From the human T2T-CHM13v2.0 reference genome, Homo sapiens: DNA of 64,000 nucleotides. The notes under the pieces are model-generated. The model was not told the DNA's origin and did no database searches. It was given only the letters and a program-made list of their open reading frames with translations. Shown piece by piece: positions 42,791 through 56,999 of the stretch. A program made the position numbers and the translations under genes. How positions within the stretch are numbered: the first letter of the stretch is position 1; each line of letters opens with the position of its first letter. The stretch lies in the NCBI RefSeq assembly GCF_009914755.1, contig NC_060929.1; one strand, 5' to 3'.

Positions 42791-43999
42791 TCATCATCCA
42801 CATGAATAGTTCATGGGAGCAAATTCCAGGTGCCTCTGAAGAACAGTGGTGAGGAGAAACCCTCACTGGGCGTGCTAACAATATTAATGAACTTGGACTA
42901 CTCAGTAATGGTGGTGAATGGCTTGTCTGGATGGCCAGAGTCCTGGGAAGAAAAGATTGGTGCATTAGAGCAAAGGATTTCTGGAAAAGAAAATGTTAGT
43001 GCAGACGTGGAAGAGCATATAAGGTTGAAGATTACTGCATCATATGTTAATACCCATTAGAGAGCAACCACAACAGAAGAGTGACTCAACCAGCTGATGT
43101 CAGTTAGGTTGTGCCATTGCCCACCCCAGTGATTGCACAATGAGCTCATGAATATAGTAGCCCTGGTGGCCAAAATGGAGGCTATGCGTGAGCCTAACGG
43201 GCAAATACTGCTGAACACTACTGATTCTGCTACTAATGATACTCAGTCTCAAAACTTTCTGCAATAGAAACTAATACTGAGTCCCAGATAAAACACCATT
43301 CTTTGAAGAGTCCAACTAGGCAATTGGTGGCAAGTTGACTACATTGGACAATCTCTATCTTAGGAAGGGCTTCTATTAATATTGTTGAAATTGAGATATA
43401 AATGGATTTGGTTTGCCTCAACCAGAAACACTATCCAAGTTCTTTCTGAGTTTTTGATCCATCCACATGATATCTATTACATCATCTTATCTAAATGAAA
43501 GGGTCTCCAGGAAGCATCTAATTTAGATGAATTGAGAAGAAAGAATATAACTATTTTTCAGACTCCTGGGGTCCCTCCAGTATCCTTCTTTGGAATCCTG
43601 TAGAACAAAATGCAAATAATAGCCATGAAAAGGGAAGGAGAGTAAGGAGCCAAAGGGTGAGAGACTGAAGGAGCAGAAGCAGCAGCTTTTTATGTCGGAC
43701 ACCTAGTATGTGCCCTATGATGGAGGATTTATAGGTTTGATCACACTTAATTCTCAAAAAGCACACAAATAAAATATTACTCCAATTTCATAGTGGAAGA
43801 ACATAAAAACTAGAGGACTTTAGAAACATACACAACTAGTAGTGTTCCTACTACCTGAACCAAAAATGTATTTCATTCACCCTAGAATCTCCTCTTCTAT
43901 TTATAAGAATAAGGGTTTAAAGGAGACAGGACTGAGAAGAGTGGCCAAGCAGGTTAGGCTCTACTCAATCGATTATAAGTGGCTCAAGCATCAGAGTCT

Positions 44000-44190
44000 A
44001 ACAGCTAACAAGGGCCAAAAAATATCAAACTGTTACTCTGTGCCAAGCACTCTCTTAAGTTACCTACATGGATTATCTCATTTAATTTTTAGGAACACTG
44101 TCTGAGGAGAGATATTATTTACCTCATTTTATCAGTGAAGATACTGATGCTCAAAGCAGTTAAATAACTTACGGCTCACGCAAATAGTGT
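44000..44190 (-). mobile_element. MIR
   Basis: tactctgtgccaagcact...attatctcatttaat...cattttatcagtgaagatactgatgctca. Confidence 0.75.
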
Positions 44191-44194
44191 AGTT

Positions 44195-44378
44195 CAGTGG
44201 CTCTCAAACGTTAGTGTAGAGAACACGTAAAAAAATTGTTGAAATACAGAGTACTGGGTCTAATCTGCAGAATTTCTGATGGAGAAGATCTGGAGTAGAG
44301 CCTGAGAACATGCACTGCTAACAAGTTCTCCTGTGATGCTGATGCTGCCATTCCAGGGGCCACATGGGAGAATCAATG
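44195..44378. mobile_element. MER5A
   Basis: cagtggctctcaaac...ctaacaagttctcctgtgatgctgatgctgc...gagaatcaatg. Confidence 0.78.
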
Positions 44379-47007
44379 GTAGAATCATGGACAATATTCA
44401 GAGTCAAACTTAGGCATCCCAGCTCTACAGCCAACATATTCTTTGCTAAATTGACATTTTTAACAGAACTAATCTGGATAGGAATGAGAAGCATTGTTAG
44501 CATCAACCTGACTTGCTTTACGACAGTATGCAAGAGGTATTTGTGTTTCAATTCCATAGCCAAACCTTCTGCCAAACCTATGGAAAATTAATTTTTCCTA
44601 ATATTAATGCAAATTATATTCAGTGGTATATCCAAGTAAGCCTAAATAACAATGTATTTCCAAAGCCATCCATAGGTTTACATTCTCACGTGGTTCACAC
44701 TAAAGACCCTTGAGAGCAAAGGAGTGACAGGAAGTTGGTGGTGTCAGGCTAAAGAAGAGAAGCACCAGAAAGTGGGAGATACGAGGAAAGGGAAAGTTAG
44801 TAACCATTTCACTACTGCAATTTCTCCTAAATTTGACCTTAAAATGGGACACCGTTGTTTTTCCTCATCCTTTGGGGATTAGAAGACAAATGAATAGATC
44901 CCCTGCCCTAAGACGGGCTTGAAATTACTTGAATCCCATTGTCGAGCTCTGTATAAGGTCTAAGGACAGAAAAAATGTATAAACTCAAGTGGAATACAGG
45001 GTTTTGAGGAAGACATGGTTTAAAGTTGTGTAACAATTAGAAAACAGCACCAAACAATATGATCAACTACAATTAGCACTGTTAATGTCAGTAGAAGCCA
45101 CAAAGAATCAAACAGAGGAACTTCAAGGTAGAAGCAACAACACTTAGCCCTGGGCCTCCCAAACTCCAGAATAATAGAATTCAACAAGGAAATAACTGAA
45201 GTCACCTTCAGGCAAACACCACAAAGTAGAAGCAGCTTAATTCTCTAATTCTCTCTAGCACCTTGGACAGAGTATGTTCTACTGGCCTGGCAGTTTTATT
45301 CTTATTAACGATTACTAGCCTGGAAGTAGACATAAACAACTGTATTTTTTAAGAAGGAGAAGCACTATATGTTTTTTAACACAATTCTTCTGAGAAGCTA
45401 AAAATGCTTTTAATGTTGTCTTACTAATCTCTTTATCCGCTAGAGAGTGAAACAAGTGTAATTAAATAGAAATTACCTCTACTGCTCTTAAAGTAAGATA
45501 ACTTTTGACCTCTCTTCCAAAATACTCATGTTCTATATTATCTTTATTTTTCCCAAAGAATTTTCTTCCCTGTAAAATGAGAAGACATTTTTCAAACCAC
45601 ACCATTTAGGGATTAACTAGTATATGTTCAGGGAAAGAAACAAATAAAACCCAAACTTGGAAATAAGGAAAAAAGATTTTTTAATTTTTAAAATAATGTT
45701 ATACTAGAACATTTTCTAAAAAGACTTCCTGAGGGTCATCTCATTCTCTCATGGAATATAATTCTGATTTACTAGTTACACTTGATTAGGATTCACATGT
45801 CTTATAACTGTAAAGTTAGAGCTTGAGTTGTAGAAAATTAACCAGGTGTCATTTTTTTCTGTTTGATAGAGAAGATAACCCCTCAAGGTTATAATTTTAT
45901 TTCCCTGTAGTATATTAATGTGTTTCATATCATACTAGGAAATCTTATTCCAGATTTCTTTCTCCACTGACCTTGTAAATCTTAATTTCTCATATCCTCT
46001 TTCAATCAGGTTTTCATTCTGTGGGTTCCTGTATGACTATAATGAGTTAAATAAAACTTTGACACAGGCTACCTACTTGTATGAGTACTTTTTAACAATT
46101 TGAGAGTCATACATTTGCATGTAAATGAAGTGAATCCATGTTTAAGTATTTTATCTACGTTTTTTCTTCATCTCATATTTAACTTGGATGAAAGGCAATG
46201 GTTTGAATGAAACTCAAATGAACACAGTAAGGTCAGCAATCATATCTTGGAAATCAGGCAACAAGACTTACATTTTTTGCTACCTTATCCAGGGCTCTGA
46301 AAATTACAGAGTATTAATGAATATTTTTATGTAAAGATTTAAGAAGTCTTAGATCAGCTAAATCAACTAAACTGCTCCCTTGGAACAGACCTATACTCTG
46401 TCTTGCAAAGACTGGTCATGTCCCTGCACATTTTCATAGTCACTACAGAAACAAGGTTAATCTATTGCAAAGTTCTGCCAAATTATTGCAAATTTGGTAG
46501 CAGGAAATATGGCAGAGTCTTTATGAAAAGATGAGAATTTATTCAAAGCTAGAACTCCAAAGTCCATATGTCTTGTTCTACTTCTACCATGGACTTGTGC
46601 ATATTTGTAGCTCAGTTCAATAAACATTCTGATTAGTAACAAAAAACAAAGAGGAATAAGGCATGGCTCACACTCTTGTAGAACATACAGTTTATTCCAT
46701 TTTAAAAAATTTCATATGTAGGTATGTAGTATCTTTTCAGTATCCACCCCTTGAGACAAGCAGTAAATATTAGTTTTTGCCTTTCACTTAGAATATTTCT
46801 CAGAAAAATCAGAATGAGAGACAAAAATAGATGCATAAATAAAGTCAGCTGTTAATAAGTGCTAAGAGGAAAAATTAAGGGGAGTAAGAAGAGTAAAAAT
46901 TATGAAGGCTCTTATTTTATACGTGATTGGTTTGTGCTGGATTGGGGTTTCTATGAGAAATTTTACATGTGGGTCAGGAGCAGAATGAAGTGAGAGGAGA
47001 GTATTAT

Positions 47008-47811
47008 TGATACGGAAAGAGGGCAGGAAAGTGCTGAGAAGAGAAGGGCAGGTCCCTAGCTAAGGTTCCACCCCTGGGCCTGTACCCACGGAACTAGGTG
47101 AGGACAGGCACTCCTGCCTTTGTGCCCAAATGTTGCATTTCCAAAGAACACCCTGGCCCATGATGCCCCCATCCTATGCCCATAAAGTCCCCTGAGACTC
47201 TAGGAGGCAGGCACACAAGTGGCTTGACGTCAAGAGGAACACACTGGCGGAAGAAGACACAAGCAGCTGAATGGCAACAGAATGTTGAGGGGAGCATGCA
47301 GCAGAAGGGCACACAGACAGATGCTGGCCATCCACCGGTGGAAGGCCGTGGAGTTTGGCCGGGATAGTTGGAGGACAGCCCGGCTCCCAAGCAGCCTGAC
47401 TCCAGGGGAAAAGCATCTCCCTCTGGCTCCGAGATCTGCTGAGAGCTACTTCCACTCAATAAAACCTTGCACTCATTCTCCAAGCCCACATGTGATCCGA
47501 TTATTCTGGTATACGAAGGCAAGAACTCTGGGATACAGAAAGCTCTCTGTCCTTGCAGTAAGGCAGGGGTCTAACTCAGCTGACTAACACAAGCCGCCTA
47601 CGGACAGCTAAACTAAAAGACCACCATGTAACACACGCTCACTGTGGCTTCAGAAGCTGTAAACATCCACACGTAGACACTGCCGTGGGGTTGAAACCCC
47701 AGCCTGCCTGTCTGTATGCTCCCCTAGAGGTTTGAGTAGTGGGGCACTTAAGAAGCAAGCCATACCCATCGCACGTCCTGCAAGGGAGACAAGGGAAGTT
47801 TGCCCATTTCA
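47008..47811 (+). mobile_element. Solo LTR1-family LTR (ERV1, HUERS-P2 type)
   Basis: TGATACGG...CCCATTTCA with a perfect TSD TTAT at 47004-47007 and 47812-47815. Internal aataaa at about 47458. Confidence 0.9.
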
Positions 47812-48174
47812 TTATTCTTAATTTATACCGGGCCATAACAAACAATAATATGAATATTCATTTTCTGTCTTACAAGAGTGTTTTAAGAAAATTTCTAAAA
47901 TATGTAAATAGCTGTAAATTGAAAAATGAGTGATTATCTAAAATAGAATTTTTATCATAATGTAATCTAAAATTGATTAAAAGTTAAAAACAAAATGAAT
48001 TTTTGCCTTTTTTAACTGTGTAAACACAGTTCACTATAAAGTGAAGGATAATAATTTCTGTTTTCTGAGAATCTCTTTGATTCCTAAAATCAAAGTCAAA
48101 ATAATTACATTCGATTATTATTGCTCAATTCCTCAAAACCAAATCAAAACTTAGCTTGCTTATGTTTAGAATAC

Positions 48175-48345
48175 TAGTCCTTAACCTTGGCTGCACATTG
48201 GAATTACTTGGGGGAAATTTAAATATATATGTTTGCCTTGCTCCCCAAAACCAGATTTTTATGTACTTGGTCTGGGGTGTATCGTGAACATCACTATTTC
48301 AACAGCTCCCTAGATGACCTCAATGTGCTGCTAAAGCTAACCACA
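48175..48345. mobile_element. MER5B-like DNA transposon relic
   Basis: aaccttggctgcacattggaattacttggggg...tggtctggggtg. Confidence 0.65.
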
Positions 48346-48599
48346 TCTATTTAGACCATAACTTTACCAGTTTCCTGCTTGCATCTCCCCCAACATCCTC
48401 CCCTAAAGTTTCTAGTTGTCTCCTTTCATTTTTTGACAGAAGGCCCATACCTTGTTCATCACATTAACAATATTTTACAACTCTTACTAGCTCTTCCTCT
48501 TGGAAGATTTTACTTAATTATTTATATTTGAAGAGTTTTTTTGCCTTAGAGCTCACAGATTTTCTGTTTTAATTTAAATTAATCATTTTCTACCATAGT

Positions 48600-48978
48600 T
48601 GTATTAGTCCATTCTCACACTGCTATAAAGAACTACCTGAGACTGGAAAATTTATAAAGAAAAAGGCTTTAATTGGCTCAAAGTTCCATAGGCTGTACAG
48701 GGGGCATGGCTGGGGAGGCCTCGGGAAACTTACAATCATGGCAGAAGGTGAAGAGGAAGCAAGAACATCTTCACATGCCGGCAGGAGAGAGAGAGCACAA
48801 AGGGGGAAGTGCTTTTAAACAACCAGATCTCATGAGAACTTGCTCACTATCTTGAGAACAGCAAGGGGAAAAATCCGCCCCCATGATTTAATCACCTCCC
48901 ATCAGGTCCCTCCTCCAACACATGGGGATTAGAATTTGACATGAGATTTGGGTGGAGACACAGAGCCAAACTATATCA
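48600..48978 (-). mobile_element. MSTA solo LTR
   Basis: tgtattagtccattctcacactgctataaagaactacctgagactgg...cacagagccaaactatatca. Confidence 0.92.
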
Positions 48979-50630
48979 CTATTCATTGCTATCATCCTTG
49001 AATTTCTTTTAGTGAACTCTTGGTTTAGTTCCACAATTGCATGTAAGCTATGTCTGACTCTTCTGGTCCTTGTCCTTGTTTTCCTGGAATATACCTTAAA
49101 TGACTTCCTTAGGAATAATATATAAACATCCTTTCTGAGTCCTTGTAGATCTGAAAATGTTTTAATTATGCTTTTATATTGATTAATAATTTAGCTATGT
49201 CTAGAATTCTAGGCTCAAACCTGTTTTCCCTTGAAGATATTTGAAGATTTTTAAAAATTCTATTCTAACTCCTAAGGCTGTTGGCGAGTAGTATGATGTG
49301 TCCCTCTACTCCTGCTAGATTGATTCTTTTATTCCTAAAACAATTTACCATTTTCTGTGTCCCTTCTTTTAATTATATGGTCTATATCCTTTTAATGATC
49401 TTTACCATTGCTAAACCTTCTATTCAATAATAATAATTTCAAATATCCACATTATATTCATTTTCTTTTTTTTTTCTCTTAACATCTTGTTATAATGTTA
49501 TGGATACAAAGTGACCTTGAGTTTCTCTGAGAATTTTAATGTTTTTTTCTTTTCCTTCTTCTGTCCTCTGAATTTTCACTTTTTCTTCTGGGATCAGCTG
49601 TGTCTTTATTTGTCTTTCTTTTTCATATTGCTGATTTTTTTAGTATATGGTCATCAGGTTTTAGCCTTTTATAGTTAAAAATAAGGGGGACAGAAAGATT
49701 AACTGAGTGTTCTCAGTATACAGCTATAGCTTGAAGACTTGTAGGATTTGCTTTATGTGACAGGAGGAGGAGATTTTCACTAAGTTGGGACCTCCCAAAT
49801 CTCAGAATAAGGAGGGCATCATTTTGGACACAAATTCTTATCCTAGTAGCCCTATTCTTCTTTGATCAGTTAACTTGAAATCCTTAGAGAGGAGCCTTTC
49901 TTTTTAATGGGAGGGCACATATCAAAATGCTGATAAGCTAGTGTGGAAGGCAGAGGCAAGAGATAGACGGGAACGCTAGTGCATATGCTTCATGATAGAC
50001 TTTCAATCAATCACCCTGTTTTTAGCCTCTTCTTCCACCACCATCTGAACCCAAATCTGGAGCTTCTGTGAATGCCACAAGAAGGGATCATCTGTCTCCC
50101 TTCTCTGCGGTGTCCCTCTGGGTATTCTGGGCTACAACTTCCTTCTCTATGTTTGATTTATAAAAACGCTCCCATTGACTTCTGTCTTTTAGAAATTTGT
50201 GGAAATCCATCATTCACTAATAACCTCCCTACATCATACTATCTTTACTGGTATAAATTTATGCCTTTTCAATATTTTTTTCTCTGCTATTATACAAATT
50301 GCTTCTTAGATGAAGGCAGACCAGTAAGTATGCTTATTCTCCCATGTGAAGTCAGAAAAATTGAAGTTTCATTCTTCTGTTACCTCTTATAATTTAAGTT
50401 TGACCTAAAGTCTTCCCAAAATCAATTGTTTCAATGATAAGTAGCAGATCCATCTACAACTCCATCTACAACTGACAGATGAATTACATCAAGAGTTTTA
50501 CCCTATATTGACTGTACTCAATTAATAGCATCAAATGCAGATTTTGTTTTATATAAAACAGATGGTAGGACTAGAAGAGAGTTGCTTATGTTGGATAGGC
50601 AGAGGTCAGCCTAAGAGCCAATGTTTGTAG

Positions 50631-50957
<327 letters not shown>

Positions 50958-51766
50958 GATTCTTAAAGGTGGTAAGCCCCATTCTCCCCACAGAACTCGC
51001 TCTGTACTCTTAAGCTTCTTTCTCAGTTCCTAGGACCAATTCAACATGAGATGGTAAAAACTGAACAGCATCTGCTTATTTATTCTCTCTAGATCTAGAC
51101 AGGGTTGAGGCACTGCTTTGCTTGACACCTTCTTTTTGCAGGTTGGACACCTGTGCATGTGCTCAGCCTTTCTGATGACGCTGCCTGCCTGCCTTGAGTT
51201 GGTTGACCTGGATGTCCCCCTTTTTGTTCCTCCATTGGCACAGAGCTCCCTGACTTACAGCCTCCGTGTCACTGTTCACAGTGATTTGATGGCTCTGTTC
51301 TTTAAGCTTCTTGCCCACCAGCCTGAATCCCTGTCTACATCTTGTTATGGTTATTTTCTAGGACTTGTCTAGCACTGTTAAGCATGCTACAAGTCAATTT
51401 ATGCAAACTTTGAGACAGGACAGGATGACAAATTATCTGAAACAATCTTTAAGCCTCATTTCTAACAATCTCCACTGCCTTATCCCAATGTGAATTATCT
51501 AAACCTGCTGTAAGAGGCAGATGAGTAGAGACTAAGGGTGTATTTGGATAAAATCACTGCTGTAATAATTATACAATTTATGACTATGGCAGAGTGTTTC
51601 CTCACCCAAGAGTGTAGAAAATAACAGTACTACCCGAAGGGTTTTTTGAGAATTATAGGAGATTATTTCTGTTAAGCAATTAGAACAATCCAGGTATTTG
51701 TTTTGGTTATCCATAGTGCCCACCTCTATATCATATGCACACTTTTGACAATCCTACTTAACTTAC

Positions 51767-51849
51767 TCAATGTTCCCCTGAGAATTTGAGTGTGGCTTCA
51801 GCCTGGGCATTCAGCTTGGTGTCCTTGATTCTGAATTGTATTCCTATCT
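51767..51849 (-). other. Candidate 83-nt exon
   Basis: Minus strand ctaaggttcttcttttag | AGATAGG...CATTGA | gtaagt. One frame is open until the last codon. Confidence 0.3.
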
Positions 51850-53254
51850 CTAAAAGAAGAACCTTAGAGCTACACAGCTGCCTATGAATACTATGCAATT
51901 TTAATTACTGAAAATTGAAGAATATTTATATTATAACTTAACTTTTAAAATGGAAGTTAATTATTTTTGGAAAAACTGTTGCTTATTTTCAGTAAATGGT
52001 AACTGAATATTAACCTATGAAAATATATTATTGACATAATTTGGGGATGAGAATCAATGGTAGGAATTTGGACAGCTCCTCATTTAAAATTCAAATTTTT
52101 CCTGTATAATGAAGATAGGTGTATTTATCTTGAGTCTTACAACTACCACAGCTTGTCCTAAATAGTTAGATGAAGTTTCTAAAATTGTAGTGGTAAAGGT
52201 ATTTTACTAGTTTTTTTTTTCAGTTAAATTATGTTAATGCTGAGTAAGTTCTGTTTGAAAAAAAAAAGTAAAGACCAATTTTTTTTTTATGATTTAGTAT
52301 AACCATTTCTTATAACTGTGGTTTCAGTCATCTAGCTGATCACTATGTTTCCGGAGGAGGTTTGAGCCTAGTCATCAGTATTTTTAAAAGCTTCCAGGTG
52401 ATTTAATACACCAGCCTTTTGGGAACACTCCTCTCCTACACAAAACAGAGAATGTAAACACTTGCATCACATTTAAAAGGAACAAATATAAATTTTCACC
52501 CCGAATATAATGCAAGTTGACCATGGTGGATGTCACAGCAGTATTACTTAAAGTAATATTTACCAAGCTTGCCTAATTATAATAATCACCCAGGGCAATT
52601 GTTGAAAATGGCCCTCTCCTGACTGAAAAAAATCTTCTGATTCACTCCAGATTCAGTAGGCCTATTAAAAAAAATAAACAAACAAAAAACAGAAATCTGC
52701 ATGCTAACACATATCCCAGCTGATACACATGATCATATATGTTCAGCAAATATGAGCATATAGGGCTTGGGTAAAGATGTAGGCTTCAAGAGAATGTAAA
52801 GTAATGTTAAGCTCATGGGCATGTGCCAGAGTCCCTATGTACATAACAACACTAGAAGTCTTGACTTATTTGGAGTTATAGAAAAATATGTAGTGAGATA
52901 ATGGAAACATCCTTAGACATACAGGTGTTTGGATAACAATATAATAGAACGCATCTCACCAGGCTGGCAGACAGCAGTTAGCAGCATAGAAAGGAAGTTG
53001 TACTAGACAATGCAGGTGACCATGGATCTCAGCCTCTCCTTGGCCTTGTCCCCATTCTGAGTGTAAAGAATCACTTTGGTGAACCTCTCCTCATCTGCTA
53101 GTTGCCTTATGCTAAATACTGTTTTATCAATTTGTGTTCCAATGCTGGCGTTAGTATGCAAGTATGAGGTCCATGACTTATATTTCACTATGGGGTAAGG
53201 AATCACTTTTCCTTCTGGACACGAACGAGAGAAGATGTAAAAATAGGTTCGGCA

Positions 53255-53450
53255 CGGAGTCAACAAATGCCAGCCCAGTTCATGTTTTTGTAAACAAAGA
53301 TCCTGGGGGATACAGTACATCATTCTTTCATGTATTATTTGTGGCAGCTTTGGGACTGCAATGTCAGAGTTGTGTCATTGGAACAGAGGTCTCTGCAATG
53401 ATAAAAGTATACCTATGTAGGCCTTTACAGAAAAAGTTTGCTGGCTGTTG
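53255..53450. mobile_element. MER58A
   Basis: gtttttgtaaacaaag...ggcctttacagaaaaagtttgctg. Confidence 0.7.
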
Positions 53451-54986
53451 TGCTACGACCACCTTGCCACTGTGAAAGTATCCAGAACTGTGTCAATTCA
53501 GAACAAAGCAGAGTATGAGGCAGTGAGAGGCTGAGCCCTGAATACTGCAGATATCTGAAGCTATCCCTACTCCTGGGCTTTTCAGTTGAAGACCATGAAT
53601 TATTTTTTTGTTTTGCTTTGTTTTGGTTTTGCTTTGTATTTTACTTAATCTGTTAGAATTGGGTCTTCCTTTATTTATAACAAAAATAGTCCTGACTAGT
53701 AACAGTTACAATAATTAAAAATATACAGAGCAGAAAAAATCTAAATTTGCGAAGTATTTAAATATCTAACCAACACTGGGTGACATTAAGAAGCTAAGTG
53801 CTTTTTGCAATGAATATCAAGACTACTACCTAAAAGTAGCAAATGTTTGCAGAAACAATTGAAGACAGGCTGATAAGAGAATGATTTCTGTCAAGACCAA
53901 GACAGAGACAACATGCCAGCCATTCTGTGATGAGGTCTTCAACAACAGCCTAGAGAGTAGGGATTAATGGTATATATATTTTACATGCTAGGTAATGGTG
54001 TTTCATATTTTGCACTGGTTGGCTTGTATTAGCTGCTGGTTGAACTCATTTAGCTATACAGTCCCTTTTTTAGTTTAATTCGGAAATGTGTTTTGTTCAC
54101 ACATAAGTACCTGTTTTGTGGCACAGAATCTGGCACAAGGTAGATGCTCAGTAAATAGAACAAATGAGCCTAAACTACCTGACTCAACATTTTCAACCTG
54201 GGATACAGATCAGAGTAGTATGTAACAAGAGTATAAAGAACTGGTCCCTTCAGCTTTCTTATCTGAAAAACACAGCCCCTAAATATCCTTCTACTTTTTC
54301 AAAGGGATAAATCTCCCTGACATATCCAGTCTATCTCGTAAATTCTTAATAGCAATGAGCTAAGCTGCTCAGTGCTTTTTGCAACCATAGAGCCACCTTA
54401 TTTATGGCCCCTGATAATTTTTTTTCATTTAAATATCGCTTACTCTTCACCTTATAAAACTGAAATAAGCATGAGACCTGGTGAGACTGATTTCATCTTC
54501 CGTTCACTGTGTCTTCTTTTGGAGGATATGCCCATCTTGGATTTGAAGGAAAAGGAAAGCCATTCATTATTGTATGAAGCAATAATGTTCCCTATGATAT
54601 GGTCAAAAATATAGTGAGCCTTTGTTTTTTCAGAGGAAGAACTTTCTATATTTCAGGCTTCATGTATAAAAATTGTTTCTGTGAGTCTAGTGCTTAATCC
54701 CTTTGTTTCCATTAGGATAAAACTTGCTTTACATAAATCTTCTTTGAGTCTTCAGTTAAGAACAAGAGGCCTTGGATGAGATTTACCCTAAGAGTCAGAT
54801 ATTCTTCATTTTACTGATAGCAAAGAATCATATAGACCACTTGTTCAACATAAATCTCACTTGAAGATTGGAGAATAACACTGATGGTTAATCTTCCCAA
54901 GCCCCAAAGAAGACTTGCATTAATCACCTGAAGCACTTACCTTTAGTTGAGATTATTTTTATTTAGAAACTACCTCCTAAACTCAC

Positions 54987-55566
54987 TGTATTAGTCAGCG
55001 CTCTCCAGAGGGACAAAACTAATAGGATATATGTACGTATATATGGAAGTTTATTAGAGAGAATGGGCTCACATGGTAAGACAGCAAAGTCCCATGACAG
55101 GCTGTCTATAAGCTAAAAGAGAGAAGCCAGTATGTGCTCAGTCCAAGTCCAAAAGCCTTGGAACCAGGAAAGCCAAGATTGCAGCCCTCATTCTGAAGCT
55201 GAAGTCCCAAGAGCCCCTGGGAGGCCACTGGTGAAAGCCTAGAGTCCAAAGGCTGAAGAGCCTAAAGTCTAATGTGCAAGGGCAGGAGGAGAGAAAGCAA
55301 GCACTCAGCTCTGGACAAGAGAGACCGCCAGAGGACTAGCAAACAGCTTCTCTCTTCTTCTTCTGTCTGCTTTGTTTTAGCCATGCTGGCAGCCAATTGG
55401 ATGGTGCCCACACACATTGAAGCTGGTTGGTCCTCTCCCAGTCCAATGACTCACATGTCAATCTTTCCTGGCAAATCCCTCAGAGATATACCCAGAAACA
55501 ATACTTTAGCAGCCATCTAGGCATCCCTCAATCCAGTCAAGTGGACACCTACTACTAACCATCATG
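54987..55566 (-). mobile_element. Solo MLT2B-like LTR
   Basis: tgtattagtcagcgctctccagaggga...caatccagtcaagtggacacc...taaccatca. TSD ctcac/ttcac. Confidence 0.9.
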
Positions 55567-55644
55567 TTCACCATGCACCTAGCTTACACCTTGCTCTCTA
55601 TTGATAATAATAAAAGAAAAATTCCTAAGAGAGAACATGATATT

Positions 55645-56370
55645 TGCATTCATTATTTAGAGCTGTGTAACACACTACCTGAAAACCTAGTGACTATAGC
55701 TAACAAAAATGTACTGTACTCAGATGATGGAAACCCTAAATGCCCTAACTTGACCACTATACATTATATACATGTAACAAAATTTTACATATACCCCATA
55801 AATTTGTGTAAATAACAAAAAACTTAGTGATTTAAAACAACAGTATTCATTATGTCGCAGTAAGTCAGGAATCCTAGCACAGTTTAGCTGGGTCCTGTGC
55901 TCTGACTCTCTCACAAGGCTACAATCAAGGAGCTGGCTAGAGCTCTCATCATCTCAAACTTCAACTGGGAGCAAGATTCATTTACAAGCTTGCTCACTTG
56001 GCTGTTGCCAAGATTCAGTTTCTCATGAGCTGCTGTACTTAAAGCCTCACTTTCTCTACAGCTATTAGCCAGAGGCCTCCCTCCTTGGTGCCTTGCCACA
56101 TAGATCTCTCCATTGGGTAGATCACAACATGGCAACTGGTTTTTATCAGAATGAGCAAGTGAATAAGGAAGAGAAAGTGCCTTCAACATGGAATCACGGT
56201 TTTCATAACCTAATATCAAAAGTGACATCGATCACTTTTGGTATATTCTACTTGGTAGAAGCCAGTCATCAAGTCCATCCCACATTTAAGGTGAGAGGAT
56301 TACACAAGGTATGAATGTCAGGAATTGGGGGTCATTGGGAACCACTTTAGAAGTAAGGCTACTGCAATGT
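55645..56370 (-). mobile_element. MLT1F-like MaLR LTR containing a short L1 3' tip
   Basis: cttagtgatttaaaacaacag...cacaacatggcaactgg...gggtcattgggaaccactttagaag. Confidence 0.78.
55687..55822 (+). mobile_element. Very short 5'-truncated L1MA/PB 3' tip
   Basis: gtgactatagctaac...catgtaacaaaattttacatataccccataaatttgt, flanked by aaaacctagtga / aaaacttagtga. Confidence 0.75.
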
Positions 56371-56635
56371 CTTTATGAATCAAGTTGCCAAAGGAGATTG
56401 CAATCTTCAGGAAAAAAATAGATCGAAGTGTAAAAGTTTATTTGCTACATTTATTTGCTAGTCTTACCCACTTTGGATATCATCCTGTTGCCCTCCAATT
56501 AGCTACTTAATTCTATTTCCATTCTCAGTACACTAGAATGTGGCTAGACTTAGCTGTCAAACACTGTAAAAAGATTTGCCTCTTTCTTATCATGGACAGC
56601 TACTTTAAACTTATTTCTCACAAATCTCTCTAACC

Positions 56636-56900
56636 CAGGGGTCCCTAACCCCCATGCCATGGATCGGTACCCATCCGTGATCTATTAGGAACCAGGCCAC
56701 GCAGCAGGACGTGAGTGGCTGGCAAACCAGCATTACTGCCTGAGTCCTGCCTCCTGTCAGATCAATGGCAGCATTAGATTCTCATAGGAGTGAGAACCCT
56801 ATTGTGAACTATGCATGTAAGGGATCTAGGTTGCATGCTCCTTCTGAGAATCTGATGCCTGATGATCTGAGGTGGAAAAGTTTCATCAGCACCACCCCTG
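56636..56900 (+). mobile_element. MER1B, 3' truncated
   Basis: caggggtccctaacccc...gcattagattctcatagga...gatgatctgaggtggaa. Confidence 0.88.
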
Positions 56901-56999
56901 CCCCTGCCCTGTTCTATCATAACATCAAGTGCTCAGGTTTTTCTCATGCTCTCCCCTTGGCCCCTTTGAATACCACCTCATTACTCTCCAGTTAGCTAC

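Larger units (their letters stand above)
41576..43480 (+). mobile_element. Degraded ERVL internal region (pol/integrase remnants), interrupted by a TA array and an L1MC fragment
   Basis: 43325-43348 translates WWQVDYIG, the ERVL integrase core motif. Upstream text resembles the RNase H and zinc-binding region. Confidence 0.7.

Noticed and set aside
47094-47587. 142-aa and 101-aa ORFs
   Set aside because: Entirely inside the LTR1 solo LTR.
52542-52558. 17-bp palindrome TATTACTT-A-AAGTAATA
   Set aside because: An 8-bp-arm AT-rich palindrome is expected by chance in 64 kb, and there is no supporting context.
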